Shown here in pieces: positions 55,340 to 64,000 of a stretch of DNA of 64,000 nt; the first letter of the stretch is position 1; every line of letters begins with the position of its first letter. The position numbers and the translations under genes are program-made. The notes under the pieces are model-generated. The model made no database searches. It saw only the letters and a program-made list of their open reading frames with translations, and was not told where the DNA came from. This stretch comes from a virus (lineage: Duplodnaviria; Caudoviricetes), in the IMG/VR virus record IMGVR_UViG_3300024275_000002, positions 982 through 64,981 of that record, one strand, 5' to 3'.

Positions 55340-55552
55340 ATGGCAATCATCAAGGTGCTGATCGACGGACAGCTGGGCGAGATGGATGAGTCCGAGCTGG
55401 TCAAGACGGAAGGCAGTCACGAGAACGACAACGAGATCGCGACGTGGGTGGAGTATCGCTTGCCGGGCAGCGACGTGATCGTGCATCGGAGTGCCCACGT
55501 ACACCTGAAGATCCCGTTGCTCAGCGATGCAGTCGCAGCATCGATTGGCTAA
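55340..55552 (+). CDS. Small phage protein
   Basis: WVEYRL...VHRSAHVHLK. Confidence 0.65.
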   Translation: MAIIKVLIDGQLGEMDESELVKTEGSHENDNEIATWVEYRLPGSDVIVHRSAHVHLKIPLLSDAVAASIG

Positions 55553-55580
55553 TTTTTCTCGCATCAGTTAGGAGTCCATC

Positions 55581-56039
55581 ATGGCAAACTCGCAAGCAAT
55601 GTGCACGTCGTTCAAGCAGGATCTGCTGAACGGGCTGCACGCGTTCGGCACGTCGGTGGTGCGTGGCTCGACGACGGCGGACAGCTTCAAGGCTGCGCTG
55701 TATCTGACCACGGCGTCTTTGGGCGCGGCGACCACCGCCTACACGGCAACCGGCGAAGTGTCGGGCACGAACTACACGGCGGGTGGCGTCGCCGTTACGT
55801 TCGGCACGGCCCCGACCACGAGCGGCACCGCTGCGTTCGTCACGCCTTCGGCGAACATCGTCTATTCGAGCGTCACGCTCTCGACCGCGTTCGATACGAT
55901 GCTGCTCTACAACAACACGGCGTCGGGCAAAAACGCCGTGTCGGTGCATACGTTCGGCGCGCAGACGATCACAGCCGGCACGCTCACGCTGACGATGCCG
56001 GTGAACGCCGCCGGCACCGCGCTGATCCAGCTGTCGTAA
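55581..56039 (+). CDS. Virion structural protein
   Basis: MCTSFKQDLL...FKAALY...YTAGG. Confidence 0.7.
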   Translation: MANSQAMCTSFKQDLLNGLHAFGTSVVRGSTTADSFKAALYLTTASLGAATTAYTATGEVSGTNYTAGGVAVTFGTAPTTSGTAAFVTPSANIVYSSVTLSTAFDTMLLYNNTASGKNAVSVHTFGAQTITAGTLTLTMPVNAAGTALIQLS

Positions 56040-56052
56040 CCCGAGGTGAGCC

Positions 56053-57072
56053 ATGGCCGTGACTCTCTACCTGTCGACCGATGCGTCCGCGCCGACACTG
56101 ACCGGGCAGGTTGGCTCGCTCGTCAGCTTGCTCGATGCGTGTCTGGTGAACGGCTACGGCTCGAAGTCGGCTGCTGGCTGGACGATTGCCTACACGGCGA
56201 CGAACAAGCGCGACTACAAGCAGGGCACCGGATCGAACGGCTACTACCTGGACGTCGATGATTCGGGTCCGGGTGCTGGTGCTGCGCGCGAGGCGCGGCT
56301 GCGTGGCTACGAAACGATGTCGGCGCTCGCGACGGGAACGCTGCCATTCCCGACGACCGCGCAGTCGTCCACGTTTGGCGTCGTGTGCCGCAAGTCGAAC
56401 ACGGCGGACTCGACCGCGCGCCCGTGGTATCTCATCGCGGATGCGACGTGCTTCTACCTGTTCGTGGATACCGGCGACGTGGCCACGTATTCGATGGCTG
56501 TCCACTTTGGCGACTTCTTTTCGTACTCGTCGGGCGATACGCACAACACGATCTTGATCGGACGCAACGCCGAGAACACAAGCAACTTGTACAACGAGGC
56601 GCTGGTGGCGCTTTCTCCAGCGGCTTACGCGTGCAGTGGGGCGCTCGGCGGCCATTGGATCGATCGGTCATATACGGCGGTCGGCGGGTCGGTTGGCGCG
56701 GCCAAGCATACGCATTTGCTCGGCTATGGGAGCGTCTACGGGGGCGCTGGTATGCCCACTGTGATGGGGAATGCGTCGGCTGTCGCGCTGTACCCGAACG
56801 GCCCCGACAACTCGCTTGAAATGGCTCCCGTCTATCTCGGCCATAACGGGCAGGTGCGCGGCTACCTCAAGGGGTGCTGGTGTCCGATGAGCTGCCAGCC
56901 GCTCGGGCATGCCGACACTTTCACGGGTACGGGCAACATGGCGGGCAAGTCGTTCATCGCGTTCAATATGCAAGGTTGCGTCGCCGCTACCGTGAATGGT
57001 TCGAGCACCGGCAATCCGGCTTCCAACACTAGCGGGCAAATCATCATCGAGACGTCGAACACCTGGAGTTAA
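56053..57072 (+). CDS. Tail fibre/tail-associated protein
   Basis: APTLTGQVGSL..LLDACLVNGYG. Confidence 0.7.
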   Translation: MAVTLYLSTDASAPTLTGQVGSLVSLLDACLVNGYGSKSAAGWTIAYTATNKRDYKQGTGSNGYYLDVDDSGPGAGAAREARLRGYETMSALATGTLPFPTTAQSSTFGVVCRKSNTADSTARPWYLIADATCFYLFVDTGDVATYSMAVHFGDFFSYSSGDTHNTILIGRNAENTSNLYNEALVALSPAAYACSGALGGHWIDRSYTAVGGSVGAAKHTHLLGYGSVYGGAGMPTVMGNASAVALYPNGPDNSLEMAPVYLGHNGQVRGYLKGCWCPMSCQPLGHADTFTGTGNMAGKSFIAFNMQGCVAATVNGSSTGNPASNTSGQIIIETSNTWS

Positions 57073-57074
57073 TC

Positions 57075-58049
57075 ATGACGCAAGGAATCGCCGATTCTTC
57101 CGCGTCGGATCATCAATTGACTCCGTACGGCGCGGCGTTTATCGATCCGGCCCAGGCCAAGTTTGGCAACCGGTCTTTGAACGTGATCGGGAGTGGGTCC
57201 AGCGTGCGGACCCCCAGCAGCCCGGATTTCAACTTCGGCGCTGGGCAATTCACCTTCGAGACGTGGGTGTATTGGACGGCACATACCGGGACCGCGATTG
57301 AATGCCTCCAAAGCCAGTGGGGGACGTCGGGGATGACGAATAGTTGGTGGCTCGGCATGCTGTCGGGAACGCTCGAAATCAACGTGACGCCCGATGGTTC
57401 GACCATGACAACTGTCGGCGCGGCCTATACGCCGACTTTGAATACGTGGACGCACATCGCAGCCGATCGTGATGCGTCGAACGTTGTGCGCGTGTATGCA
57501 AACGGTGTTGTGATCGCGAGCAGCACGGTCGCCATGACGCTCTATGCGAGCGCTGAGTCCGTCTACCTCGGTAATGACGTCGCCAGTTACAAGCTGACGG
57601 GGTATATCGATGAGGTGCGGATCAGCAATACTGCGCGTTATGGCGGGGCATTCACGCCCCCGGCGAGCGCGTTTTCACCGGATGCGAACACGGTGCTGCT
57701 CGTGCATTTCGACGCGCTCAATGGGGCCGCTGTCGGGACTAAGGTTCCCGCTTTGCAGCCGGCGTTCGCACTCACGGTGCCGCCAGCAGCAGTGTTGCAG
57801 CTTGGCAAAGCTCCGGCACAGGGACCGCATACAGTCTCCGGTACCGTGCAGGTCAACGGCGTGCCGACAGCTGGGCTGCTGGTGCGCGCGTATGCGAAGG
57901 CCACTGGCGAGTTTCTCGGGCAGGCGACGACGGACGGCAGCGGTAACTACACCATCAATTGCGGGAACAACTTTACTGATGTGACGGTCGTGGCCTACAA
58001 CCCTCCCACGTACGAGGCACTTGTTGCCGACCAGATCACGCCGGCATAA
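57075..58049 (+). CDS. LamG/ConA-like lectin domain tail protein
   Basis: FTFETWVY...WTHIA...LTGYIDEVRISNTARY...LLVHFD. Confidence 0.8.
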   Translation: MTQGIADSSASDHQLTPYGAAFIDPAQAKFGNRSLNVIGSGSSVRTPSSPDFNFGAGQFTFETWVYWTAHTGTAIECLQSQWGTSGMTNSWWLGMLSGTLEINVTPDGSTMTTVGAAYTPTLNTWTHIAADRDASNVVRVYANGVVIASSTVAMTLYASAESVYLGNDVASYKLTGYIDEVRISNTARYGGAFTPPASAFSPDANTVLLVHFDALNGAAVGTKVPALQPAFALTVPPAAVLQLGKAPAQGPHTVSGTVQVNGVPTAGLLVRAYAKATGEFLGQATTDGSGNYTINCGNNFTDVTVVAYNPPTYEALVADQITPA

Positions 58050-58058
58050 GGAGCGGCC

Positions 58059-58964
58059 ATGACCCTGCAGATTCAGGATCGCGTCAAGGAGAGCACCGCG
58101 ACGACCGGCACGGGTGCCCTGTCCCTCGGCGGCGCATTGACCGGGTACCGTGCGTTCTCGTCGGTGTGCGCCGACCAGGACACGTGCTGGTATTCGCTGC
58201 AGGAGGTCGACGGCAACGGCAACCCGACCGGCCTGTGGGAGGTCGGCATTGGCACGTACACGGCGAGCGGCAACACGCTCGCGCGCACCACGGTGCTGTC
58301 CTCATCCAACAGCAATGCGCTGGTCACTCTCGCCTCCGGTTCCACGCACGTCTGGATCGGCCTGCCGGCCGAAGTGATGCGGCAAGGTGCGTTTCTGGCG
58401 GGCGTAGGCGCGGCAGCCAACATCCCGCAGATCAGCAACTTCGCTTGGACGAACCAGGGTTCGTGCACGGCCACGCAGCAGGCGAATGGCGTGGCGCTCT
58501 TTGCGCCAAGCGGCGGCAGCGAGAACGTGCACGTGTTCGATCAGGCGAAGCCGGCGGGCAGCAGCTGGGCGGTCGTCGCCGAGTACGATCTGACCGGCCC
58601 GAAAACGAACTATATGCGCGCGGGCCTCTCGTTTCGCGACAGTGCGTCGGGCAAGATCGTGGCGTTCTGGATCGGCATGTGGGAGACCGCGTACGACTAC
58701 GAGTATTACAGCAACACGACCTCGTGGGCCGGGCGCACGAGCGTGACGCAGATCGTCGGGCGTATCGCCCGCTGGCAGAAAATCACGTACGACAGCACCA
58801 ACTTCAAATGGTACCTGTCGAATGATGGCGTGACGTGGACGCTCATCTACACCATCGCGGTGAACAACTACTTCGGGTCCGGTGCGTTCACGCACGTGGG
58901 GGTCGCGCTCAACCCGTTGAACGGCGACATCGCGATGAACCTCTACCAGTTCTCGGCAGGCTGA
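58059..58964 (+). CDS. Tail fibre with lectin-like C-terminus
   Basis: DRVKESTATTGTG...WEVGIGTY..LARTTV; C-terminal beta-sandwich YLSNDGVTW. Confidence 0.7.
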   Translation: MTLQIQDRVKESTATTGTGALSLGGALTGYRAFSSVCADQDTCWYSLQEVDGNGNPTGLWEVGIGTYTASGNTLARTTVLSSSNSNALVTLASGSTHVWIGLPAEVMRQGAFLAGVGAAANIPQISNFAWTNQGSCTATQQANGVALFAPSGGSENVHVFDQAKPAGSSWAVVAEYDLTGPKTNYMRAGLSFRDSASGKIVAFWIGMWETAYDYEYYSNTTSWAGRTSVTQIVGRIARWQKITYDSTNFKWYLSNDGVTWTLIYTIAVNNYFGSGAFTHVGVALNPLNGDIAMNLYQFSAG

Positions 58965-58968
58965 TGCC

Positions 58969-60372
58969 ATGAGCTTCGGCGGCCAGCCCTTCGGCACCGG
59001 CCCGTTCGGGGCGCTCGCGGGCGTAAACATCCCGCAGAACCCGACAGGCGTTCATGCGACTGGCAGCGTCGGCGCGGTGTCGACGAGCCGCACCATTGCG
59101 CTCACTGGCGTGCAGGGCACGGGCGTCGTGCATTCGCTCGTGGGCGCTGGCTCGCAGCCGGTCAAGTTCAATTTCGTCACGGCTGGTTACACCCCGCCGA
59201 GCGCGCACAACGCTCACCTCAAGTTCGGCTCGGGTGGCACGCCAGTCACGGGCGTCACGGGCACAGGCGCGGTCGGCAGCGTCGGCGTCACGCACACCTC
59301 CGCGCTCACGCAGGTCACGAGCACTGGCTCGCTCGGCGGCGTCACGGCAAGCCAAGCGGTGAGCGTTGCCCTCACCGGGGTTTCGGCAACCGGCGCAGTG
59401 AGCAACGTTACGCCGACGCAGGGATTGACGGGTGTCTCGTCCACGAGCGCAGTGGGCAGCATCACGCCGACGCAGGGTCTGACGGGCGTCTCGTCCACGG
59501 GCGCGGTCAGCAGCGTCACGCCGACCCAGGGTTTGACGGGCGTCTCGTCCACGGGCGCGGTGGGCACGATCAGCGAGTTGGACAAACCTGCCCTCTTGCA
59601 GGTGGCCGCAACGGGCGCGCCCGGCGACGTCAGCGCCGCGATCTCGGTGGACGTCACGCAGGTGGCCGCCACGGGCGCGGTGGGGACTGTCACCACCGGC
59701 ATTATTGTCCTGTCGCAGGTGGCGTCGACGGCCTCGGCCGGTAACGTCAGCGCAGTGATCGCGCCCTCTGTAACAGAAGTTTACAGCACGGGCTCTCTAG
59801 GTAGCATTACGGAGTCCGAAGCATTATCCTTGTCGGGCAACGTTTGCGCGGGTGGTGTCGGGGGCGTCACGCCTGCGCAAAACATTACGTCTGTGGGGGC
59901 CGCCGGCAGCGCCGGGTCGGTCTCGACCGCAGCATCTCTTGCTGCAGGGGGCAACCTTGCCTCCGGATCGCCGGGCATCGTTGTCACGGGCTTGGCGATC
60001 CCTATCTCGGGCACTGCGACCACCGTAGTCGCGGGCTCGGTCTCGGCCGGTCTTTGGCTGAGTGGCGTCGCGGGAACAGGTTATGAGGGGACCGTTAGCC
60101 CGTCGATCACCGTATCTCTATTGGGTGTCTCGGCGATTGGTATCTCAGGAAATATTTTCGCTGGCGCAGCAGCAGGCGACGCTATTTCCGTATTTTTGAC
60201 TACCTACAACCATGAGCACTCCTTTACAATCCAAGCATCAGACTCGGCCATCCACCAGCCATCGAGCGAAACCAGCTGCCGCACCGCCGCTTCCGACTGG
60301 GTTGCCCGACGGTCTGTCGAAGAACGTAACGTTGCTTCAGCTGTGGCGCAAGACGTCACCGCTGTCGCATAA
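58969..60372 (+). CDS. Repetitive Gly/Ser/Thr/Val tail protein
   Basis: Repeated TGVSSTGAVG units. Confidence 0.7.
   Translation: MSFGGQPFGTGPFGALAGVNIPQNPTGVHATGSVGAVSTSRTIALTGVQGTGVVHSLVGAGSQPVKFNFVTAGYTPPSAHNAHLKFGSGGTPVTGVTGTGAVGSVGVTHTSALTQVTSTGSLGGVTASQAVSVALTGVSATGAVSNVTPTQGLTGVSSTSAVGSITPTQGLTGVSSTGAVSSVTPTQGLTGVSSTGAVGTISELDKPALLQVAATGAPGDVSAAISVDVTQVAATGAVGTVTTGIIVLSQVASTASAGNVSAVIAPSVTEVYSTGSLGSITESEALSLSGNVCAGGVGGVTPAQNITSVGAAGSAGSVSTAASLAAGGNLASGSPGIVVTGLAIPISGTATTVVAGSVSAGLWLSGVAGTGYEGTVSPSITVSLLGVSAIGISGNIFAGAAAGDAISVFLTTYNHEHSFTIQASDSAIHQPSSETSCRTAASDWVARRSVEERNVASAVAQDVTAVA
59410..59571 (+). repeat. 54-bp tandem repeat x3 (18 aa TPTQGLTGVSSTGAVGSI)
   Basis: Units start at 59410, 59464 and 59518. 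Confidence 0.9.
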
Positions 60373-60382
60373 CACGGCGGGA

Positions 60383-60598
60383 ATGGACATGACTGTTCCG
60401 CACTCGGAAAGGAAGCTGACGCCGGCTGACATCGATTCGATTGTGGATCAGCTGGAAGCCCGAGCACTTGCCCGACTTCAGGCCAACATCGGCCGTGGCG
60501 TGCTGTCGATCGTAAGCACGTGGATGATCCGCGCGATCATCGTGGTCGCAGCGTACGGTGCCGGGTCGGGCGGCCTCCTCCGCAAACTGGGGCTGTGA
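60383..60598 (+). CDS. Small membrane protein (lysis-associated)
   Basis: C-terminal transmembrane segment, upstream of the holin. Confidence 0.55.
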   Translation: MDMTVPHSERKLTPADIDSIVDQLEARALARLQANIGRGVLSIVSTWMIRAIIVVAAYGAGSGGLLRKLGL

Positions 60599-60599
60599 T

Positions 60600-60857
60600 A
60601 TGAGCCGCATGCTCGAATGGCTGTTGATGGCTCTCGCGTGTTACGCCGCGTGCATCACGCTGCGTACGCTCGACATCGAGCCGCAGGTGCAGGTTCTGCT
60701 CTGGAAGCTCGGGAACGTGACGGTCTCGGCCTACGCTGGTTACTGGGTCGATCGCCGCGCGTTCTCGCGCGTCCTGAAATCCACCGCGCCCCTCGAACAG
60801 ATTCGACGTGCGATCGTAATGGCAGCCGCCATGCTCTCCGTAGCTATGGGGCTGTAG
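60600..60857 (+). CDS. Holin (2/3-TM type)
   Basis: LWKLGNVTVSAYAGYWVDRRAF...RRAIVMAAAMLSVAMGL. Confidence 0.8.
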   Translation: MSRMLEWLLMALACYAACITLRTLDIEPQVQVLLWKLGNVTVSAYAGYWVDRRAFSRVLKSTAPLEQIRRAIVMAAAMLSVAMGL

Positions 60858-60859
60858 AT

Positions 60860-61456
60860 ATGCGCGACCTCGTATGTGCGGCTGTATGTACTGCCGTATG
60901 TACGGGACATCTTGCATATGGCGCTGACCCCGCTTTGCAGTACCGGTCAACTCTCATCCGCGAGGCGCAGGCCGTCCATGGCCTCGCTGCGCCCATCCCG
61001 ATGTTCGCCGGCCAGATCCGTCAAGAGAGCGGCTGGCGGCCCGGCGTCACCGCCTGGGACAACGGGCGCGGCCTCGCGCAGTTCATGGACACCACGGCGG
61101 CAATGATCGCGCGCACGTACCCGGAGCTGGGCGCGCCGGACCCGTACGACCCGCGCTGGGCGATCAGGGCGTTGGTGCGTTACGACGGCTGGCTGTACGC
61201 CCGCGTGAAGGGTGCCGATGCGTGCCAGCGCTGGGGCGCGGCACTCAAGGGATACAACGCCGGCCTCGGGTACGCGCAGCGCGCGCAGCGGCGATCGCCG
61301 CGACCGCAGCAGTGGTTCGGTGCCACGGAGTTCATCAACGCCGGGCAGAGCCCGAAGAACTTCGAATACAGCCGCCTCTACCCGAGGTGGATCTTGTGGA
61401 AGCACCAGCCGCTGTACCTGGGCTGGGGACCACGCACCTGCGGAGAAAAGCCATGA
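60860..61456 (+). CDS. Endolysin, SLT-family lytic transglycosylase with N-terminal signal-like segment
   Basis: QIRQESGW, GLAQFM, YNAGLG motifs. Confidence 0.9.
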   Translation: MRDLVCAAVCTAVCTGHLAYGADPALQYRSTLIREAQAVHGLAAPIPMFAGQIRQESGWRPGVTAWDNGRGLAQFMDTTAAMIARTYPELGAPDPYDPRWAIRALVRYDGWLYARVKGADACQRWGAALKGYNAGLGYAQRAQRRSPRPQQWFGATEFINAGQSPKNFEYSRLYPRWILWKHQPLYLGWGPRTCGEKP

Positions 61457-61830
61457 GCCTCGTGACCCTGCAAATCCTCGTCCTCGCCCTCTACGCCATG
61501 AACGCTGTCCTCATCATCCGCTACACGGCGAACCTCGCGGTGGCCGTCTGGAATCTGATGCGCGCGTGGGTGGGCGCGTACCACCCGAACGGCGCTGGCT
61601 ATATGCCGAGCTGGTGGTACTCGCTCGACTGTCTGGCCAACACGGTCATCGGCGGCGATCCGCACGAGACGATCAGCGCGCGTGCCGGCAAGGCGCGCAC
61701 GGCCGGCCGCCTGTGGGGCTGCGTGCTGTGCCGCATGCTCGGCTGGATCGTGACGAAGGTGGTCGGCCAGCCGACCGACTACTGCGCTGACAGCATGGCG
61801 CGCGACGCCATTACCCCGCACGGAGAGTGA
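61453..61830 (+). CDS. Membrane-associated hypothetical protein
   Basis: N-terminal TM; LDCLANTVIGGDPHETISARAG. Confidence 0.65.
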   Translation: MSLVTLQILVLALYAMNAVLIIRYTANLAVAVWNLMRAWVGAYHPNGAGYMPSWWYSLDCLANTVIGGDPHETISARAGKARTAGRLWGCVLCRMLGWIVTKVVGQPTDYCADSMARDAITPHGE

Positions 61831-61831
61831 C

Positions 61832-62392
61832 ATGGCCCTGATCTTCGAGAAGTTCTTCCCGTACATCGTCGCGGCGCTGGTGGGCACCGGGCTCGGCATG
61901 TGGGTGCGTGGCGTCGACGCCGACCGCGTGCTCGCGCGCGAGAAGGCTGACCATGCCGCCGACGTCAAGACGTACCGCGACCAGATCGCCGCAATGAACG
62001 CCGCCGCAGATAGCGCGTTCCAGAAAGCCGTGGCGGACCACCAAGCGCAGGAAGGGAAAATCGCGTCCCTCGATGCGCAGTACACCGAGGAGAAGAACCG
62101 CCATGAAGCCGACAATGCCCGTTACGCTCGCGCTCTCGCTGCTGGTACTGAGCGCCTGCGTGTGCAGGTCTCCCACTGCTCCGTCAGTGGTAGTGGCAAA
62201 GCAGCCGGAGCTGCCAGCGCCGCCCGCGTGGACGATGGAGAAACCGCCTACGCAGACATCGCTCCAGCGGCTGCAGAGCGCGTTGTCCGGGTCGCCACTG
62301 ACGACCAGCACGAAATCGACAAACTGACCGCGCTGCAGGCGTACGTGTGCACGCTCAAGCCGGATCTCCCGGCGTGCGCGGCTGGTCAGTAA
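61832..62392 (+). CDS. Rz-like inner-membrane spanin
   Basis: N-terminal TM, coiled coil, ERLRVQVSHC, KLTALQAYV. Confidence 0.85.
   Translation: MALIFEKFFPYIVAALVGTGLGMWVRGVDADRVLAREKADHAADVKTYRDQIAAMNAAADSAFQKAVADHQAQEGKIASLDAQYTEEKNRHEADNARYARALAAGTERLRVQVSHCSVSGSGKAAGAASAARVDDGETAYADIAPAAAERVVRVATDDQHEIDKLTALQAYVCTLKPDLPACAAGQ
62103..62327 (+). CDS. Rz1-like outer-membrane lipoprotein spanin, embedded in Rz
   Basis: Lipobox LVLSAC then Pro-rich PELPAPPAW. Confidence 0.75.
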   Translation: MKPTMPVTLALSLLVLSACVCRSPTAPSVVVAKQPELPAPPAWTMEKPPTQTSLQRLQSALSGSPLTTSTKSTN

Positions 62393-62741
62393 GCGTCCAC
62401 ATATCCTGCGGGAACCCGGGCCTCGGCAGGTAGCCGCGCCGTTCGAGTGTCCCCCGCACGATCGGATTCTGGATCGACTGGACGTAGACGTAGGTGCAGC
62501 CGAGTTTGGCTGCCGCGATCTCAACGGCGTGCAGCGTTGCCGAGAACACGCCATAGCCCCGGCAGTCCTCGTTCACCGTGATGTCGGCCAGATCCAGCGC
62601 GTAGCCGGCCTCATTGCCCAAGTAGCGCACCGAGCGGCGCACGTAGAGCCTCCCCTTCCCCTGCAGGTCGATGTGGGCGTTACGCCGGCCGAACACCGCG
62701 ATCACGATGTCGTCGGCCAAAGACTTCGAATCAATCATCAC
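62355..62741 (-). CDS. GNAT-like acetyltransferase
   Basis: ADITVNEDCRGYGVF (motif A-like RGxG), YVQSIQNP...LERRGY. Confidence 0.6.
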   Translation of the reverse strand: MMIDSKSLADDIVIAVFGRRNAHIDLQGKGRLYVRRSVRYLGNEAGYALDLADITVNEDCRGYGVFSATLHAVEIAAAKLGCTYVYVQSIQNPIVRGTLERRGYLPRPGFPQDMWTLTDQPRTPGDPA

Positions 62742-63007
62742 TCACGCTCTGCTCGCAGCTGCACCGGCATGAACGTGTCGTCGTCGATCTGCTCGCGCAC
62801 GCAGCCGCCGGCCGGCATCTCACGTGGCGCGTCGATGCAATACTCAGCGTCGTAGGCTGCCGTGTGGAGGAGCCAGCGGTGCGGGCGCACGTCGCCGTAC
62901 TGCGTCATGATGCGGCCGGCCATCTCGATCATCATCCACGCGCTGAGCGAGAACGATGGGCTATGGATGTCATCGGCGATCCAGCGGTATGTGCTCATAG
63001 GGATCAC
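62738..63007 (-). CDS. Hypothetical protein
   Basis: Coupled overlaps. Confidence 0.45.
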   Translation of the reverse strand: MIPMSTYRWIADDIHSPSFSLSAWMMIEMAGRIMTQYGDVRPHRWLLHTAAYDAEYCIDAPREMPAGGCVREQIDDDTFMPVQLRAERE

Positions 63008-63228
63008 TTTGGTGAGATTTCAACGCGCAGGCGGTAGCCGAACACGTCCAGCAGGTCGCGCATCACCGCGAAGGTGATTGTCTGCCTGCCGTTCTCGATG
63101 TTCGTCACGGAGGTACGTGACAGCCCGACGAATTCGCCCAGCTGGGCCTGAGTGTAGCCGTGCGCCAAGCGCAGCTCGCGGATGAACGCCCCGAGATCGC
63201 CGGGGTTCATGGTTTCACGGCGCTTCAT
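63004..63228 (-). CDS. XRE-family HTH regulator
   Basis: IRELRLAHGYTQAQLGEFVGLSRTSVTNIENG. Confidence 0.9.
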   Translation of the reverse strand: MKRRETMNPGDLGAFIRELRLAHGYTQAQLGEFVGLSRTSVTNIENGRQTITFAVMRDLLDVFGYRLRVEISPK

Positions 63229-63470
63229 TTTTTGACTGGGTACCCGATGCCGACGATCTTTTGGCCGCGTGCTGCCGCGTCGCGCTCGGCCTTCGCAACG
63301 TCAACGGCCGCTCGTTTTTGGAGGATGTCGAATTGCTCCCGAGCGATCTTTTCGGTCGGCCACTGCTTGCGTACGCGGTCGATGAATTGCTCGCGCGTGA
63401 CGCCGGACACCTCGCCGGCGAGCGACGCCATAAACAGGTCGGCGATTTCGTCGTAAATGCTCACAGCCAT
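63225..63470 (-). CDS. Hypothetical protein
   Basis: RBS GGAG; MAVSIYDE. Confidence 0.55.
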   Translation of the reverse strand: MAVSIYDEIADLFMASLAGEVSGVTREQFIDRVRKQWPTEKIAREQFDILQKRAAVDVAKAERDAAARGQKIVGIGYPVKK

Positions 63471-63694
63471 GTCTCCACAACGTGCGATGGATCGTTGTCC
63501 GACCGCGTGATGCACACCAGCCCCGGCGGCAGCTTCCGGCGCAGCTCCTCCAGCGTGGCCGCCTTGAGCACCGTGTGCGTGCGCATCGTATCGCCGCCCG
63601 CGAGGATCAGCCACATGCGCGCTACGAACAGGTTCGGGTAGTCGGCCGGGTGCTCGTAGACGGTCCACATCGCGAGGGGGTTGGCTTCGGTCAT
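63461..63694 (-). CDS. Small phage protein
   Basis: WTVYEHPADYP..FVARMW...R...DP..VVETWL. Confidence 0.7.
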   Translation of the reverse strand: MTEANPLAMWTVYEHPADYPNLFVARMWLILAGGDTMRTHTVLKAATLEELRRKLPPGLVCITRSDNDPSHVVETWL

Positions 63695-63927
63695 GGGTAG
63701 ATGCGCTCAAAGGTATCGGTTCGCCGGTACAGCTTCGCGTGCATATCGTACGCCATGTTGCCGGGGGCCAGCTCCTGATATAGCCCGAGATCGTTGCTGG
63801 CCTGTGGTTCGGAGATGCCGAAGTAGTCGCGCAGCGCGCCACGCCGGACGGTGCCGTAGTGGAACAGCAGGAAGTCGATGAGCCGAATCCGCTGTTCCAC
63901 CGCGTACGACAGATCGGGCTTGAGCAT
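63691..63927 (-). CDS. Stand-alone CapW-type winged-HTH protein (no WYL domain)
   Basis: VEQRIRLIDFLL...RR..L.DYFGISEPQASNDL..YQELAPGNM.YD...K.Y resembles the N-terminal wHTH of CapW-like WYL repressors. Confidence 0.75.
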   Translation of the reverse strand: MLKPDLSYAVEQRIRLIDFLLFHYGTVRRGALRDYFGISEPQASNDLGLYQELAPGNMAYDMHAKLYRRTDTFERIYP

Positions 63928-64000
63928 CAGTGCACCGAACCGCGAGGAGGCAGGAAGTTGGTCATGCGGCCCTCCGCGAGATCCCAGTTCATGAACTCAA

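Noticed and set aside
56053-60372. Diversity-generating retroelement acting on tail genes
   Set aside because: No reverse transcriptase and no template/variable repeat pair differing at adenines was seen; the 54-bp repeats are in-frame tandem units
1-64000. tRNA, rRNA, IS elements, integrase
   Set aside because: No cloverleaf, rRNA-like, transposase or tyrosine/serine recombinase signatures recognised by eye; a tRNAscan/HMM run would be needed to confirm

Overview
The window is almost entirely one high-GC (roughly 65% by eye) tailed-phage genome, probably from a Burkholderiales-type host (inferred from composition only). It appears nearly complete and possibly circular, since both edges fall inside a minus-strand operon. 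Layout: (i) 1-2.6 kb plasmid-maintenance module (parA divergent from a RepL-like initiator, with palindromes and repeats between them); (ii) 2.6-18.4 kb minus-strand lytic replication genes (primase-helicase, SSB, DEDDh exonuclease, SF2 helicase, VRR-NUC, PD-(D/E)XK, HNH, family A polymerase); (iii) 18.4-29.9 kb minus-strand array of small early genes, many preceded by a repeated hairpin plus leader module; (iv) 28.4-30.4 kb largely non-coding control or terminus region dense in a TGTAACTAA box; (v) 30.4-62.4 kb plus-strand virion and lysis genes (terminases, portal, scaffold, N4-gp56-type capsid, podovirus-like tail and ejection proteins including a 2245-aa protein, several adhesin-like proteins, holin, SLT endolysin, spanins); (vi) 62.4-64 kb minus-strand accessory operon (GNAT-like, XRE HTH, orphan CapW-type wHTH). 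No integrase, RNA polymerase, reverse transcriptase, tRNA or CRISPR array was recognised. The most interesting signals are the phage-plasmid lifestyle, the cassette-like early region, the genome-wide TGTAACTAA regulon and the sensor-less CapW-like repressor. All family assignments come from motif recognition, not database searches.
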